Assembly (NCBI GenBank): GCA_036374435.1 | Contig: DASUTU010000153.1 | Span: forward strand, 7,393-71,392 | From: Actinomycetota bacterium | Lineage (GTDB): Bacteria > Actinomycetota > UBA4738 > HRBIN12 | Length of the DNA: 64,000 bases | Direction of reading: 5' to 3' | Notes under the pieces: generated by a model | Told to the model about the DNA's origin: nothing | Databases searched by the model: none | The model's input: the letters and a program-made list of their open reading frames with translations, nothing else | Position numbers and translations under genes: made by a program | In this document: in pieces, positions 53,776 to 63,100 of the stretch | Position numbering within the stretch: position 1 is the first letter of the stretch | How the letters are laid out: each line of letters opens with the position of its first letter

Positions 53776-54114
53776 GTGGTGGTGCCCGCTCCTCGGCACG
53801 AGGTGTGGCGGGCGCTGACCAGCCTGGAGCTCGCCTCGGCGTGGCTGGGCGAGGTGGTCGAGCTCGAGGCACGGGCCGGCGGTACGGTGATCGTCCGCGA
53901 CGGGGACGGGACCACGCGCCGGGGGCTGGTCGAGCTGGTGGAGCCGGCCCGGTCGCTCGTCCTGCGGTGGCGCCGGCTGGCCGGCGCCGGACCGAGCCTG
54001 GAGGTCGGCGAGGCCACGCGGGTCGCGTTCGCGCTCGACGACGATCCCGGGGGCACCCGGCTCACCGTGACCGAGGAGCCGACGGCGCTGGTCGCCGTGG
54101 GAGGCGAACGGTGA
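53776..54114 (+). CDS. SRPBCC-superfamily (AHSA1 / polyketide-cyclase-like) small protein
   Basis: VVPAPRHEVWRALTSLELASAWLGEVVELEARAGGTVIVRDGDGTTRRGLVELVEPARSLVLRWR... is typical of Aha1/SRPBCC proteins paired with ArsR regulators. Start could be GTG 53776-53782 or TTG 53752. Confidence 0.6.
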   Translation: MVVPAPRHEVWRALTSLELASAWLGEVVELEARAGGTVIVRDGDGTTRRGLVELVEPARSLVLRWRRLAGAGPSLEVGEATRVAFALDDDPGGTRLTVTEEPTALVAVGGER

Positions 54115-54431
54115 CGGGGGAGCGAAGGGTGGACGCCGTCTTCTCGGCGTTGTCGGATCCCACGCGCCGGACCGTGATCCGCACGTTGTCCGAGGGCGGT
54201 CCGAGCACCGTGACCGAGCTCGCCGCGCGGCTGCCGGTCTCGCGCCAGGCCGTGGCCAAACACCTGGACGCGCTGGAGGCGGCGGGGCTGGTCTCGGCGT
54301 CGGCCTCGGGTCGGAGCCGCCACTACCGGCTCACCCCGGGACCGATGGCCGAGGCGATGGCGTGGATGACCGACGTCGGCGCCGAGTGGGACGAGCGCCT
54401 GGAGTCGCTCCGCCGGCTGTTCGAACCCTGA
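54111..54431 (+). CDS. ArsR/SmtB-family winged-helix transcriptional regulator
   Basis: GTG overlaps the SRPBCC stop (GTGA). VFSALSDPTRRTVIRTLSEGGPSTVTELAARLPVSRQAVAKHLDALEAAGLV. Confidence 0.8.
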   Translation: MTGERRVDAVFSALSDPTRRTVIRTLSEGGPSTVTELAARLPVSRQAVAKHLDALEAAGLVSASASGRSRHYRLTPGPMAEAMAWMTDVGAEWDERLESLRRLFEP

Positions 54432-54476
54432 TCCGCCGTTGACGCACCCCACATGGGCCCGTACCGTGCGCCCGAG

Positions 54477-54494
54477 CCACCACATCTAGTGCGG
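54477..54494 (+). promoter_or_regulatory. NrdR-box-like motif upstream of nrdR (CCACCACATCTAGTGCGG)
   Basis: Shares the core ACATCTAGTG with the two motifs upstream of nrdJ and resembles the CAC...ATAT...GTG-type NrdR operators. It is 13 nt before the nrdR start. Confidence 0.45.
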
Positions 54495-54506
54495 GGGTAA
54501 CGGCGC

Positions 54507-54983
54507 ATGCGATGCCCGTGGTGCGGGCAATTGGAGGATCGGGTGATCGACTCGCGCCCGGCCGACGGCGGCGAGGCGATCCGCCGACGACGCGAGTGCC
54601 GGTCGTGCGGTCGCCGGTACACGACGTTCGAGCGGGTCGAGGCGCCGGCCCTCCTGGTGGTCAAACGCGACGGCACCAGGGAACCGTGGGACCGGGCGAA
54701 GCTCCTGGCCGGCGTGCAGAAGGCGCTGGCCAACCGCCCGGTGGGCGAGGACCGCGTGCAGGCCCTGGTCGGCCGCGTCGAGTCGCGCCTGCGGCGCCGG
54801 GGGCCGGAGGTGACGTCCCAGCAGGTCGGCGTGGAGGTCCTGCAGGGGCTGCAGAAGCTCGACCAGATCGGGTATCTACGGTTCGCCAGCGTCTACAAGG
54901 ACTTCCAGGAGGTGGGCGACTTCGAGCGCGAGCTCGGCCTGCTCCTGCAGAAGAAGGAGCCGGCGAAGCGCCGGGCCAGGTAG
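54507..54983 (+). CDS. nrdR: transcriptional repressor NrdR (zinc ribbon plus ATP-cone)
   Basis: MRCPWCGQLEDRVIDSRPADGGEAIRRRRECRSCGRRYTTFERVE zinc ribbon; ATP-cone LLVVKRDGTREPWDRAKLLAGVQKA. Confidence 0.9.
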   Translation: MRCPWCGQLEDRVIDSRPADGGEAIRRRRECRSCGRRYTTFERVEAPALLVVKRDGTREPWDRAKLLAGVQKALANRPVGEDRVQALVGRVESRLRRRGPEVTSQQVGVEVLQGLQKLDQIGYLRFASVYKDFQEVGDFERELGLLLQKKEPAKRRAR

Positions 54984-54993
54984 TCGGAGCGAC

Positions 54994-55044
54994 CCACCAC
55001 AACATCTAGTGGTCGGCGGTCGTGCCGCCCACTAGATATCCTGG
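54994..55044 (+). promoter_or_regulatory. pair of NrdR-box-like motifs in inverted arrangement upstream of nrdJ (..CACAACATCTAGTGG..n16..CCACTAGATATCCTGG..)
   Basis: ATCTAGTGG (55004-55012) and its reverse complement CCACTAGAT (55029-55037). Followed by a TTGACG -35-like hexamer (55052-55057) and a moderately AT-rich promoter region before the nrdJ SD. Confidence 0.5.
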
Positions 55045-55143
55045 ATGCGGGCTTGACGGGAGCCGGGGCCGGGTGTTGAATGACACCCTTGTAGTTATCC
55101 ACATGTCCTTCCCCAGGTTTGGAAACAGCTACTGGAAAGGGGG

Positions 55144-57888
55144 ATGCCCGTGGCCACCAAGGAGGGGGACGTCCAGGTCATCCGCGACGGCCTGACGTTC
55201 AAGCGGTACTTCACGCGGGACGGGGTGCACCCGTACGACGAGATCGAGTGGGAGCGCCGCGACGCGGTCATCCCGAACTTCAAGGAAGGCGGGAACGCCT
55301 TCGAGCAGCGCGACGTCGATTTCCCCGTCACCTGGTCCCAGAACGCGACGAACATCGTCGCGCAGAAGTACTTCCGCGGCCCCCTCGGCAGCCCCGAACG
55401 TGAGTCCAGCGTCCGCCAGCTCGTCGGTCGGATCGTCGACACGATCACCGGCTGGGGCAAGAAGGGCGGCTACTTCGCGAGCGACCAGGACGCTCAGGTG
55501 TTCGCGGAGGAGCTCTCCCATCTGCTCGTCCACCAGAAGGCGGCGTTCAACTCGCCGGTGTGGTTCAACCTCGGCATCCCCAACACGGCCCAGCAGTGCA
55601 GCGCGTGTTTCATCCTCGCCGTGGACGACCAGATCTCCTCGATCCTGAACTGGTACGCGGAGGAAGGGGTCATCTTCAAGGGCGGATCGGGCTCGGGCAT
55701 CAACCTGTCCACGCTCCGCTCGTCCAAGGAACGGGTGAACGGAGGCGGGACCGCCAGCGGTCCGGTGTCGTTCATGCGGGGGGCCGACGCCAGCGCCGGC
55801 ACGATCAAGTCCGGCGGCAAGACGCGGCGGGCCGCGAAGATGGTCATCCTCAACGCCGACCACCCCGACATCCGCGACTTCATCTGGTGCAAGGCCCTCG
55901 AGGAGCGCAAGGCGCGGGCCCTGCGCGACGCCGGATTCGACATGGACCTGGACGGCAGGGACAGCTACTCGATCCAGTACCAGAACGCGAACAACTCGGT
56001 GCGCGTCGCCGACGAGTTCATGAAGGCGTACGAGCAGGACCAGGACTGGAAGCTCAAGGCCGTGCTCTCGGGCGAGCCGGTCGAGACGGTCCGGGCCCGG
56101 GACCTGATGCGCGAGATCGCCCAGGCTGCGTGGGAGTGCGCCGACCCCGGCATGCAGTACGACACCACGATCAACGAGTGGCACACCTGTCCGGCCAGCG
56201 GCCGGATCAACGCGAGCAACCCGTGCAGCGAATACATGCACCTGGACAACAGCGCGTGCAACCTGGCCTCGCTCAACCTGCTGAAGTTCCTCGACGCCGA
56301 TGGCAACTTCGACGTGCGGGCGTTCCGCAAGGCGGTGGACATCGTGTTCACCGCGCAGGAGATCATCGTCGGCAACTCGGACTACCCGACGGAGAAGATC
56401 GGCCTGAACGCGCGGGCGTACCGCCAGCTCGGGCTGGGCTACGCGAACCTCGGCGCGCTGCTGATGGCGCGGGGCAACGCCTACGACTCGGACGGCGGGC
56501 GGGCCTGGGCCGGCGCCATCACGGCGCTCATGACCGGACAGGCCTACCGCACCAGCGCCCGGATCGCCGGGGTGATGGGCCCGTTCGAGGGCTACGCGCC
56601 GAACGCGGACGCCATGCTCCGCGTCATGCGCAAACACCGCGCGGCGGCCGACGAGATCGACGGCGACCTCGTGCCGGAGGGCCTGCTGTCGGCGGCCAAA
56701 CAGTCGTGGGACGACGCGATCGCGTTCGGAGCGAAGCACGGCTACCGGAACGCGCAGGCCACCGTGCTCGCGCCCACCGGCACGATCGGGCTGATGATGG
56801 ACTGCGACACCACCGGCATCGAGCCCGAGCTCGCACTGGTCAAGACGAAGAAGCTGGTCGGCGGCGGCACGATGCAGTTCGTCAACCAGACGGTGCCCCG
56901 GGCGCTCGCGCGGCTCGGCTACACGCGCGAGGAGACCGAGGACATCGTGGCCTACATCGCCGAGAACAACTCGGTGGCCGAGGCCCCGCATCTCAAGCCG
57001 GAGCACCACGAGGTGTTCCACACGGCGATGGGGGACCAGCCGATCCAGTACATGGGGCACGTCCGGATGATGGCGGCGGCCCAGCCATTCATCTCCGGCG
57101 CCATCAGCAAGACGGTCAACATGCCCGAACACGTCACGGTCGAGGAGGTCGAGCAGCTGTTCCTCGAGTCGTGGAAGCTCGGCCTGAAGGCCGTCGCGAT
57201 CTACCGCGACAACTGCAAGGTGGCCCAGCCGCTCTCGGCCGACAAGAAGACGAAGGCAACCGTCGCCGAGCCCGCCGCGCTGCCGGAGCCGATGCGCAAG
57301 CGCCTGCCGCGGAGCCGGCCCTCGATCACCACGAAGTTCGAGGTGGCCGACGCCGAGGGCTACATCACGGCCAGCACGTACCCCGACGACGGGATCGGCG
57401 AGATCTTCCTGAAGACCTCGAAGCAGGGCTCGACGCTCGCGGGGATCACCGACGCCTTCTCGATCGCCGTCTCGATCGGCCTCCAGTACGGGGTCCCGCT
57501 CGAGACCTACGTGGCGAAGTTCATCAACATGAAGTTCGAGCCGAGTGGGATGACGAACGACCCGGACATCCGGTTCGCCACGTCGATCGTGGACTACGTG
57601 TTCCGCCGGCTGGCCCTCGACCACCTGTCGCAGGACAAGCGGGAGGGGCTCGGGATCCGCTCGATCGAGGAACGCAAGGAAACCGCGGCGTCGGAGGCGG
57701 CGGAGAAGATGAACATGCCGCCACCGCCGAAGGCGGAGGCCTCGAACCCGCGGCCGATCGAGCTCGTGCCCGGTCCGCAGGCGCAGGCCGCCGACGCGCC
57801 GCTGTGTTACGCGTGCGGCTCGAAGATGCAGCCGGCGGGAAGCTGCTACGTCTGCCCGAGCTGCGGCTCGACCAGCGGCTGCTCGTAA
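55144..57888 (+). CDS. nrdJ: class II (adenosylcobalamin-dependent) ribonucleotide reductase NrdJ
   Basis: 914 aa. NrdJ-specific N-terminus (IRDGLTFKRYFTRDGVHPYDEIEWERRD), active-site Cys regions (NPCSEYMHLDNSACNL), and a C-terminal Cys-rich zinc-ribbon tail CYACGSKMQPAGSCYVCPSCGSTSGC. Confidence 0.95.
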   Translation: MPVATKEGDVQVIRDGLTFKRYFTRDGVHPYDEIEWERRDAVIPNFKEGGNAFEQRDVDFPVTWSQNATNIVAQKYFRGPLGSPERESSVRQLVGRIVDTITGWGKKGGYFASDQDAQVFAEELSHLLVHQKAAFNSPVWFNLGIPNTAQQCSACFILAVDDQISSILNWYAEEGVIFKGGSGSGINLSTLRSSKERVNGGGTASGPVSFMRGADASAGTIKSGGKTRRAAKMVILNADHPDIRDFIWCKALEERKARALRDAGFDMDLDGRDSYSIQYQNANNSVRVADEFMKAYEQDQDWKLKAVLSGEPVETVRARDLMREIAQAAWECADPGMQYDTTINEWHTCPASGRINASNPCSEYMHLDNSACNLASLNLLKFLDADGNFDVRAFRKAVDIVFTAQEIIVGNSDYPTEKIGLNARAYRQLGLGYANLGALLMARGNAYDSDGGRAWAGAITALMTGQAYRTSARIAGVMGPFEGYAPNADAMLRVMRKHRAAADEIDGDLVPEGLLSAAKQSWDDAIAFGAKHGYRNAQATVLAPTGTIGLMMDCDTTGIEPELALVKTKKLVGGGTMQFVNQTVPRALARLGYTREETEDIVAYIAENNSVAEAPHLKPEHHEVFHTAMGDQPIQYMGHVRMMAAAQPFISGAISKTVNMPEHVTVEEVEQLFLESWKLGLKAVAIYRDNCKVAQPLSADKKTKATVAEPAALPEPMRKRLPRSRPSITTKFEVADAEGYITASTYPDDGIGEIFLKTSKQGSTLAGITDAFSIAVSIGLQYGVPLETYVAKFINMKFEPSGMTNDPDIRFATSIVDYVFRRLALDHLSQDKREGLGIRSIEERKETAASEAAEKMNMPPPPKAEASNPRPIELVPGPQAQAADAPLCYACGSKMQPAGSCYVCPSCGSTSGCS

Positions 57889-57892
57889 GACG

Positions 57893-58264
57893 ATGGGGTA
57901 CCGGGTCACCGGCCTGCACCACGTCCAGCTGGCCATGCCGCCGGCGGAGGAGGATGCGGGGCGAACGTTCTACGGCGAGCTCCTGGGCCTGCCCGAGGTG
58001 CCGAAGCCCGAGGCCCTCGCCCCGCGGGGCGGGTTGTGGTTCCGGGAGGGCCCGATCGAGGTCCACCTGGGGGTGGAGCGCGAGGGTTTCACCCCCGCCC
58101 GCAAGGCCCACCCGGCGTTCGTGGTCGAGGGCCTGAACGAGCTCCGGACGCGCCTCGAGGACGCCGGGTACCGGACCGCGGACGACGCGCCGATCGACGG
58201 CTACCGCCGGTTCCACGTCCGGGACCCCTTCGGCAACCGTCTCGAGCTCCTCGAACCGGCGTGA
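57893..58264 (+). CDS. VOC / glyoxalase-bleomycin-resistance family protein
   Basis: GLHHVQLAMPPAEEDAGRTFYGELLGLPEV...FHVRDPFGNRLELLE paired beta-alpha-beta-beta-beta modules. Confidence 0.8.
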   Translation: MGYRVTGLHHVQLAMPPAEEDAGRTFYGELLGLPEVPKPEALAPRGGLWFREGPIEVHLGVEREGFTPARKAHPAFVVEGLNELRTRLEDAGYRTADDAPIDGYRRFHVRDPFGNRLELLEPA

Positions 58265-58701
58265 CCCCCTCGCTCCCGTTCACGCGGCTGGACCCGGGCG
58301 CGGTGTTGCCCGAGCGGGCTCACCCGGGGGACGCCGGGCTCGACCTTCGCTCGGCGATCGACGTCGACGTGGGGCCGGGGGAGCGGGCCATGGTGCCGAC
58401 CGGCCTGTCGGTGGCGATCCCCGAGGGGCACGCGGGGCTGGTGCTGCCGAGGAGCGGCCTGGCCAGCCGGCAAGGGCTCACGCTCGCGAACGCACCGGGA
58501 CTGATCGACGCCGGGTACCGAGGCGAGGTCGTCTGCGCCGTGGTCAACCTCGACCGGAACGAGCCGGTCACGATCGCCAGAGGCGACCGGGTGGCGCAGC
58601 TCGTGATCGTGGCCGTGCCGGAGCTCGAGCCGGTCTGGGTGGAGGCGCTCCCGCCGTCCGCCCGCGGCGAGGGCGGGTTCGGCTCGACCGGGATGCAGTG
58701 A
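58261..58701 (+). CDS. dut: dUTP diphosphatase
   Basis: GTG overlaps the preceding stop. PGDAGLDLRSA, RSGLASRQGL, GLIDAGYRGEV, and GEGGFGSTG at the C-terminus are the five dUTPase motifs. Confidence 0.9.
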   Translation: MTPSLPFTRLDPGAVLPERAHPGDAGLDLRSAIDVDVGPGERAMVPTGLSVAIPEGHAGLVLPRSGLASRQGLTLANAPGLIDAGYRGEVVCAVVNLDRNEPVTIARGDRVAQLVIVAVPELEPVWVEALPPSARGEGGFGSTGMQ

Positions 58702-59246
58702 CCGTCCGGATCCGCCTCGAGGAGCCGGCCGACCGGGCGGTCTCCGTTGAGATCGAACGGTTGGCGTTCGGCTCGGACGCGGAGGCGGCGATCGTCGAAG
58801 CCGTGCGGGACGAGGACGGCTCGTTCGCCCTCGTCGCCGAGGAGGACGGCATCGTGGTCGGGCATATGCAGTTCAGCCGCGCCTGGGTGGGCGATGTCCC
58901 CGTCCTCGCGCTGGGCCCGATCGGCGTCCTGCCGGACCGGCAGGGGAGTGGGATCGGCTCCGCGTTGATGCGCGCGGGGCTGGACGAGGCGCGGGCACGC
59001 CGGGAAGCGGCGGTCGTCCTGTTCGGCGACCCGGCGTTCTATCAACGGTTCGGGTTCGAGCCCGGGATCAAGTTCGGGCTGCCGAACCCCTATACGGGCA
59101 TGTCGATGCCTGACGGGGAGGTCGTCGTGGAGGAGAACTTCCTGCTCGCGCCGCTGGACGAACGGGCGCGATCGCTGTCGGGGGCGGTCCGCTGGCATCC
59201 GGCGCTGGCCAACGCGCCGGTTGAAGGCGGGGGTCCGGCTCTCTAG
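58698..59246 (+). CDS. GNAT-family N-acetyltransferase
   Basis: GNAT core LGPIGVLPDRQGSGIGSALMRAGLDEARARREAAVVLFGDPAFYQRFGF. GTG overlaps the dut stop. Confidence 0.7.
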   Translation: MTVRIRLEEPADRAVSVEIERLAFGSDAEAAIVEAVRDEDGSFALVAEEDGIVVGHMQFSRAWVGDVPVLALGPIGVLPDRQGSGIGSALMRAGLDEARARREAAVVLFGDPAFYQRFGFEPGIKFGLPNPYTGMSMPDGEVVVEENFLLAPLDERARSLSGAVRWHPALANAPVEGGGPAL

Positions 59247-59262
59247 ACTCGATGGGCACAAC

Positions 59263-59338
<76 letters not shown>

Positions 59339-59369
59339 GGAGAACTGCCTCTGACCAGCGGCAATGCGA

Positions 59370-59396
59370 AGGCCCCCGGACTGGGGGCCTTTCTTT
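59370..59396 (+). terminator. intrinsic terminator after tRNA-Gly (AGGCCCCCGGACTGGGGGCCTTTCTTT)
   Basis: 7-bp GC stem GGCCCCC/GGGGGCC with loop GGACT, followed by TTTCTTT. Confidence 0.7.
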
Positions 59397-59689
59397 GCGG
59401 GCCGATCCACCAACGAAAGACCAACGAAACGTCTGACGGCTCGGCGTCCGGACCGTGGCCACGAGCGTTCCTGAGCGGCACGATCCCAGCGCCAGTCCTT
59501 GCCGGGGGCTGTGGTCGCGCCAGTCTTGCGGCCGTCGGGGTCGGAGCAGGGCATCGGTCATCCTCCGTGCAAGAGAGCGGGGGTCGAGAGCGCGTCGGTG
59601 CGAGTCGATAGCAGGCTCCCGTCTTCGCCGATCTCGATCGAGGCGTGCTGTTCGCCCAGGGGGCGGGACGCACTTCGTCGGGTCGAGGC

Positions 59690-60110
59690 GGTTGCAGGAA
59701 GCGAGGGCGACGACGTTCTCGGATGCAGACAACGACCTGTTCGGGTAAGGCGGGGATGACGTCCTCATCGGTCGGGACGCCCAAGCGTCGACGCGCTCGC
59801 CTCCATCGAGGCCGTCGGCAGAACGATCTTCGATGACGTGCTGCTGGGTGCTGGTGACAACCTCCTGGTCGGCTACGGGGGGAGTGACTCGATCTCCGGA
59901 GGTGCCGGGGACGATCTGCTCGATGGAGACACGTTCGTGTTGGGCGTTCCGTTCGACCTCGATGGGAACGACGACCTCATCGGGGGGGCGGGTACGGACA
60001 CCTGCCTCGGCGGGGAGATGCCGAGCGAATGCGAGAACCTCGAGCTGGCGAGCAGCGTTGCCGTGAGTGGCCCGACGGCACCCGGCTCGATGTATCTCGA
60101 GAGCTTGTCT
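59690..60110 (+). pseudogene. frameshifted remnant of a calcium-binding RTX-like (GGxGxD repeat) protein
   Basis: GGAGDDLL / GAGDNLL / GGSDSISGG / GSEGDDVLG motifs are spread over two reading frames with no credible start. The region is wedged between tRNA-Gly and the convergent large regulator gene. Confidence 0.3.
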
Positions 60111-60111
60111 C

Positions 60112-63100
60112 CTAGCGGACCCAGAGCTGGCCCACCAAGACGCCCCAGTGCGGATGGGCCTGGTAGTTCCCCACTCGGTCAGAGACGAGACGAACGTCGA
60201 AAGGGTTCGCGAGTGGGACCCAGGGAGCCTGGTCCACGATCCGCCGGTCGACGGCCGCCCAGAGCTTGGCCGCGGCGGCCGGTTCCGTTGTCTCCAACGT
60301 GCGGGCCTTGTCCATCATCGCGTCGATCCTCGGATCACAGAAGCCGTTGACGTTGTCCGGCGCGCCGCATTCGAGCTGCAACGATAGGAAGGTCGAATCG
60401 CCAGGGAAGTCGGCGCTCCAACCCCTGGGGAAGATGTGGATGCGCCGCTCTGGGTGGGCAATGCCATGTTCTTGGATGTACCGGGGGATGTCGTCCACCA
60501 CCTTGAGGCTCGACCGGTACCCGAGTTCTCGCAGGAGTTTGACGAGGTACCGAGCGATGGAGGGCGCCGCCCCCCTCACGTCCGCTCGCTGCGCCCACAC
60601 CCGAACGCGAGCCCCGGTCGTCCCGGAGGCAGCCACCAGATCCCGAGCGCGGACTGGATCGGGCGCGGTCCAGATGCCCGCCGTCCCTGGCCGGCTGGTA
60701 TACGGGCAGTACGGCTCGTACTGGGGGAAGGTGGGCGGGAGGACCTGGCAGGTTGGACGGGCCTGCCCTCCTGCCACCAGCTCTGCCACGCGCTGTCGAT
60801 CCACGGCGTAGTTCACGGCCTGCCGAGCCCTTACGTCGTTGAAGGGAGGCGCCATCAGGTTGAGGACCGCGAAGGCCGTCGTCGATGCCGGGAAGGTGTG
60901 CATCTGACCTGGGTTGTTCGCCATCAACCGCCCCACCCCATCGGGGGGAGGGGGGCGGAACATCACGTCGGCCCGACCTGCCAAGACCTCCTCCACCGCC
61001 CGCTCGGCGGGGACGCCGAATCGCCACACGATCCGATCGGGAAACCCCTCCGGCTGGGCGGCCGGGGACCACTCCTGGAACTCCGGGTTGCGCACGAGCT
61101 CGACCTGCTCGGGTGTGGAGCTTGCGATCATGTACGGCCCGGTCGCGGGGAGGAGCTCCGCGCCGATATCCGGATCGGGCGCTCCGGGCGGTACGGCGAA
61201 GGCGAAGGAGAGGGCGAGCTTCGACAGGAATTCCGTATCGGGTGCCTCGAGGAGGAACGTTACGGTGTTGGCCTCCTCATCCACCACGATGCCCTGATGA
61301 AGATCACAGCTTTGCGGTTGGCGGAGGCAGCCCTCGGCCCCGACGATGCTCCGGTAGAGGTCGGCCCGGGGGGACCCCAGGATGAGGGTCCTCTCGATTG
61401 CGCGACGGAAATCCTCTGGCCGGACTGTCGCGCCGTTCGAATACCGGATCCCGGAGCGAAGCTGGAACGTGTAGGTCGTCCCGCCTTCCGTGGGGGTGGG
61501 GAGCGACCGGGCAAGATTCGGAACCAGGGTGGTCCCCTCCAGGCCGCCGGCACGCTTGAAGGCGACGAGGCCGTCGTTGGTCAGACTCAGGATGCTCCAC
61601 GCAGCACCGGAGTAGGCCGTCGCCGGATCAAGCGAGCCCACCTCGTAGTCGACGAGCACCGTGAGGTTCCCCCCACGATGGGCCTCCTCGGCGGCACGCA
61701 CGCCCACCCACAGGGAGCCATCGACGCCCGCCGCCCCACCAGTCTCTGCTCCGACGGCGAAGCTCTCCACCTCGTTTGATCGAGGGTCGATCCTCGATAC
61801 CGTCCCGTCCAGCTCGTTGGCGACCCACACCCACCCCCCGCTCAGCACGACGGTCGCTGGACCGCCTCCGACTCGGATCGTCGACTCGACGGCGTTGGTC
61901 CTCGGATCGATCCTCGACACGGTGTCATCGAGTTGGTTGGCAATCCAGATGCCGCCTTCCCCGCTCGCAAGCCCCAGGGGTCCGTTCCCGACAGATACGG
62001 TCGCGACCTCGACCTCTCTCTTAGCGTCGATCCTCGAGACGGTGCCTGACCCATAGTTCGTGACCCATAGGGCGTCGTCGGCGACGACGATCCCGCTGGG
62101 CCGGTCCCCGACCGCGATCGAGGCTTCCACCTCGCCGATCTCGGGTTCGATCCGGGACACGGAGTCATCCAACGCATTCGCGATCCAGAGCGCGCCGCCT
62201 CCAACGGCGATTCCTACCGGTCCTCCTCTGGTTTCGACGGTCTCAACCACCGAGTTCGTGTCGGCACTGATCCGCGAGACCGAAGATCCTCCGGCGTTGG
62301 CGACCCACACGGAGCCGCCCGAAACAGCGATGGCCGAGGGATCTGGGCCGACCTGGATCGTGTCGACGACGGCCCGCGTGTCCGGATCGATCCGAACGAC
62401 GATGCCCCGGTCGGGTTGGGCCACCCAGACCGCCCCTTCCCCCACGACGAGGGCACCGGGCCTCCCATCGAGCTCGATGGCCCCGGCGATCTCGCCGGTT
62501 CGAGGATCGATGATGGCGACGGCGTCGTCGCCGATCTCGGTGACGGCTCCCCGATCGAGGAGCGTAAGCGGCACGGCCGCGGCTACGACCAAGGCAGTCG
62601 CAGCGACGAGGGAAGCGACCGGGTGGTTCCGGATCAGAGAGCCGCGGTAGCGAGGTCGGGAGACCTGCACGGTGCCCGTCGCCTCGGCGGAAGCCTTCGG
62701 GGGATCGAGCACGGGATCCTGGGCGAGGATCCGCTCGTGGAGCCGGGTCAGGTCTGTCGACGGATCGACGCCGATCTCCTCGGCGAGCGTTCGACGGGCG
62801 CGACCGAACGCCGATAGCGCGTCGGCCTGACGGCCGGAACGGTAGAGAGCCAGCATGAGATGCGCCCACAGCCGTTCCCGGAGCGGGTGCCTCGCCACCA
62901 GCCCCTCGAGCTCCGGGATCACGTCGCGGTGCCGGCCTAGGCCCAGGTCCGCGGCGAGGCGGTCCTCGAGTGCGGTCAGACGGATCTCCTCGAGGCGAGT
63001 GATCTCGCCGGCCAGGCTCGGCTCGTCGGCCACATCCGCGAGGGCCGGACCTCGCCAGAGCGAGAGCGCCTCCTCCAGGGTCGAGGCCGCGGCGTCCGGA

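Noticed and set aside
55044-55144. Possible cobalamin riboswitch upstream of nrdJ
   Set aside because: The leader is only about 100 nt and lacks the B12-box. NrdR-box-like motifs occupy the region instead.
55129-58136. 935-aa minus-strand and 858-aa + frame-shifted ORFs over nrdJ
   Set aside because: nrdJ reads through cleanly in its own frame with all class II RNR hallmarks. The others are GC-driven open frames.
61700-62570. About 120-bp periodic DNA repeats (GATCGATCCTCGA(C/G)AC(G/C)GT...), possibly CRISPR-like or tandem-repeat array
   Set aside because: The period is 120 bp with no spacer-repeat alternation. The repeats are in-frame coding repeats of the seven YVTN propeller blades of the large regulator gene.
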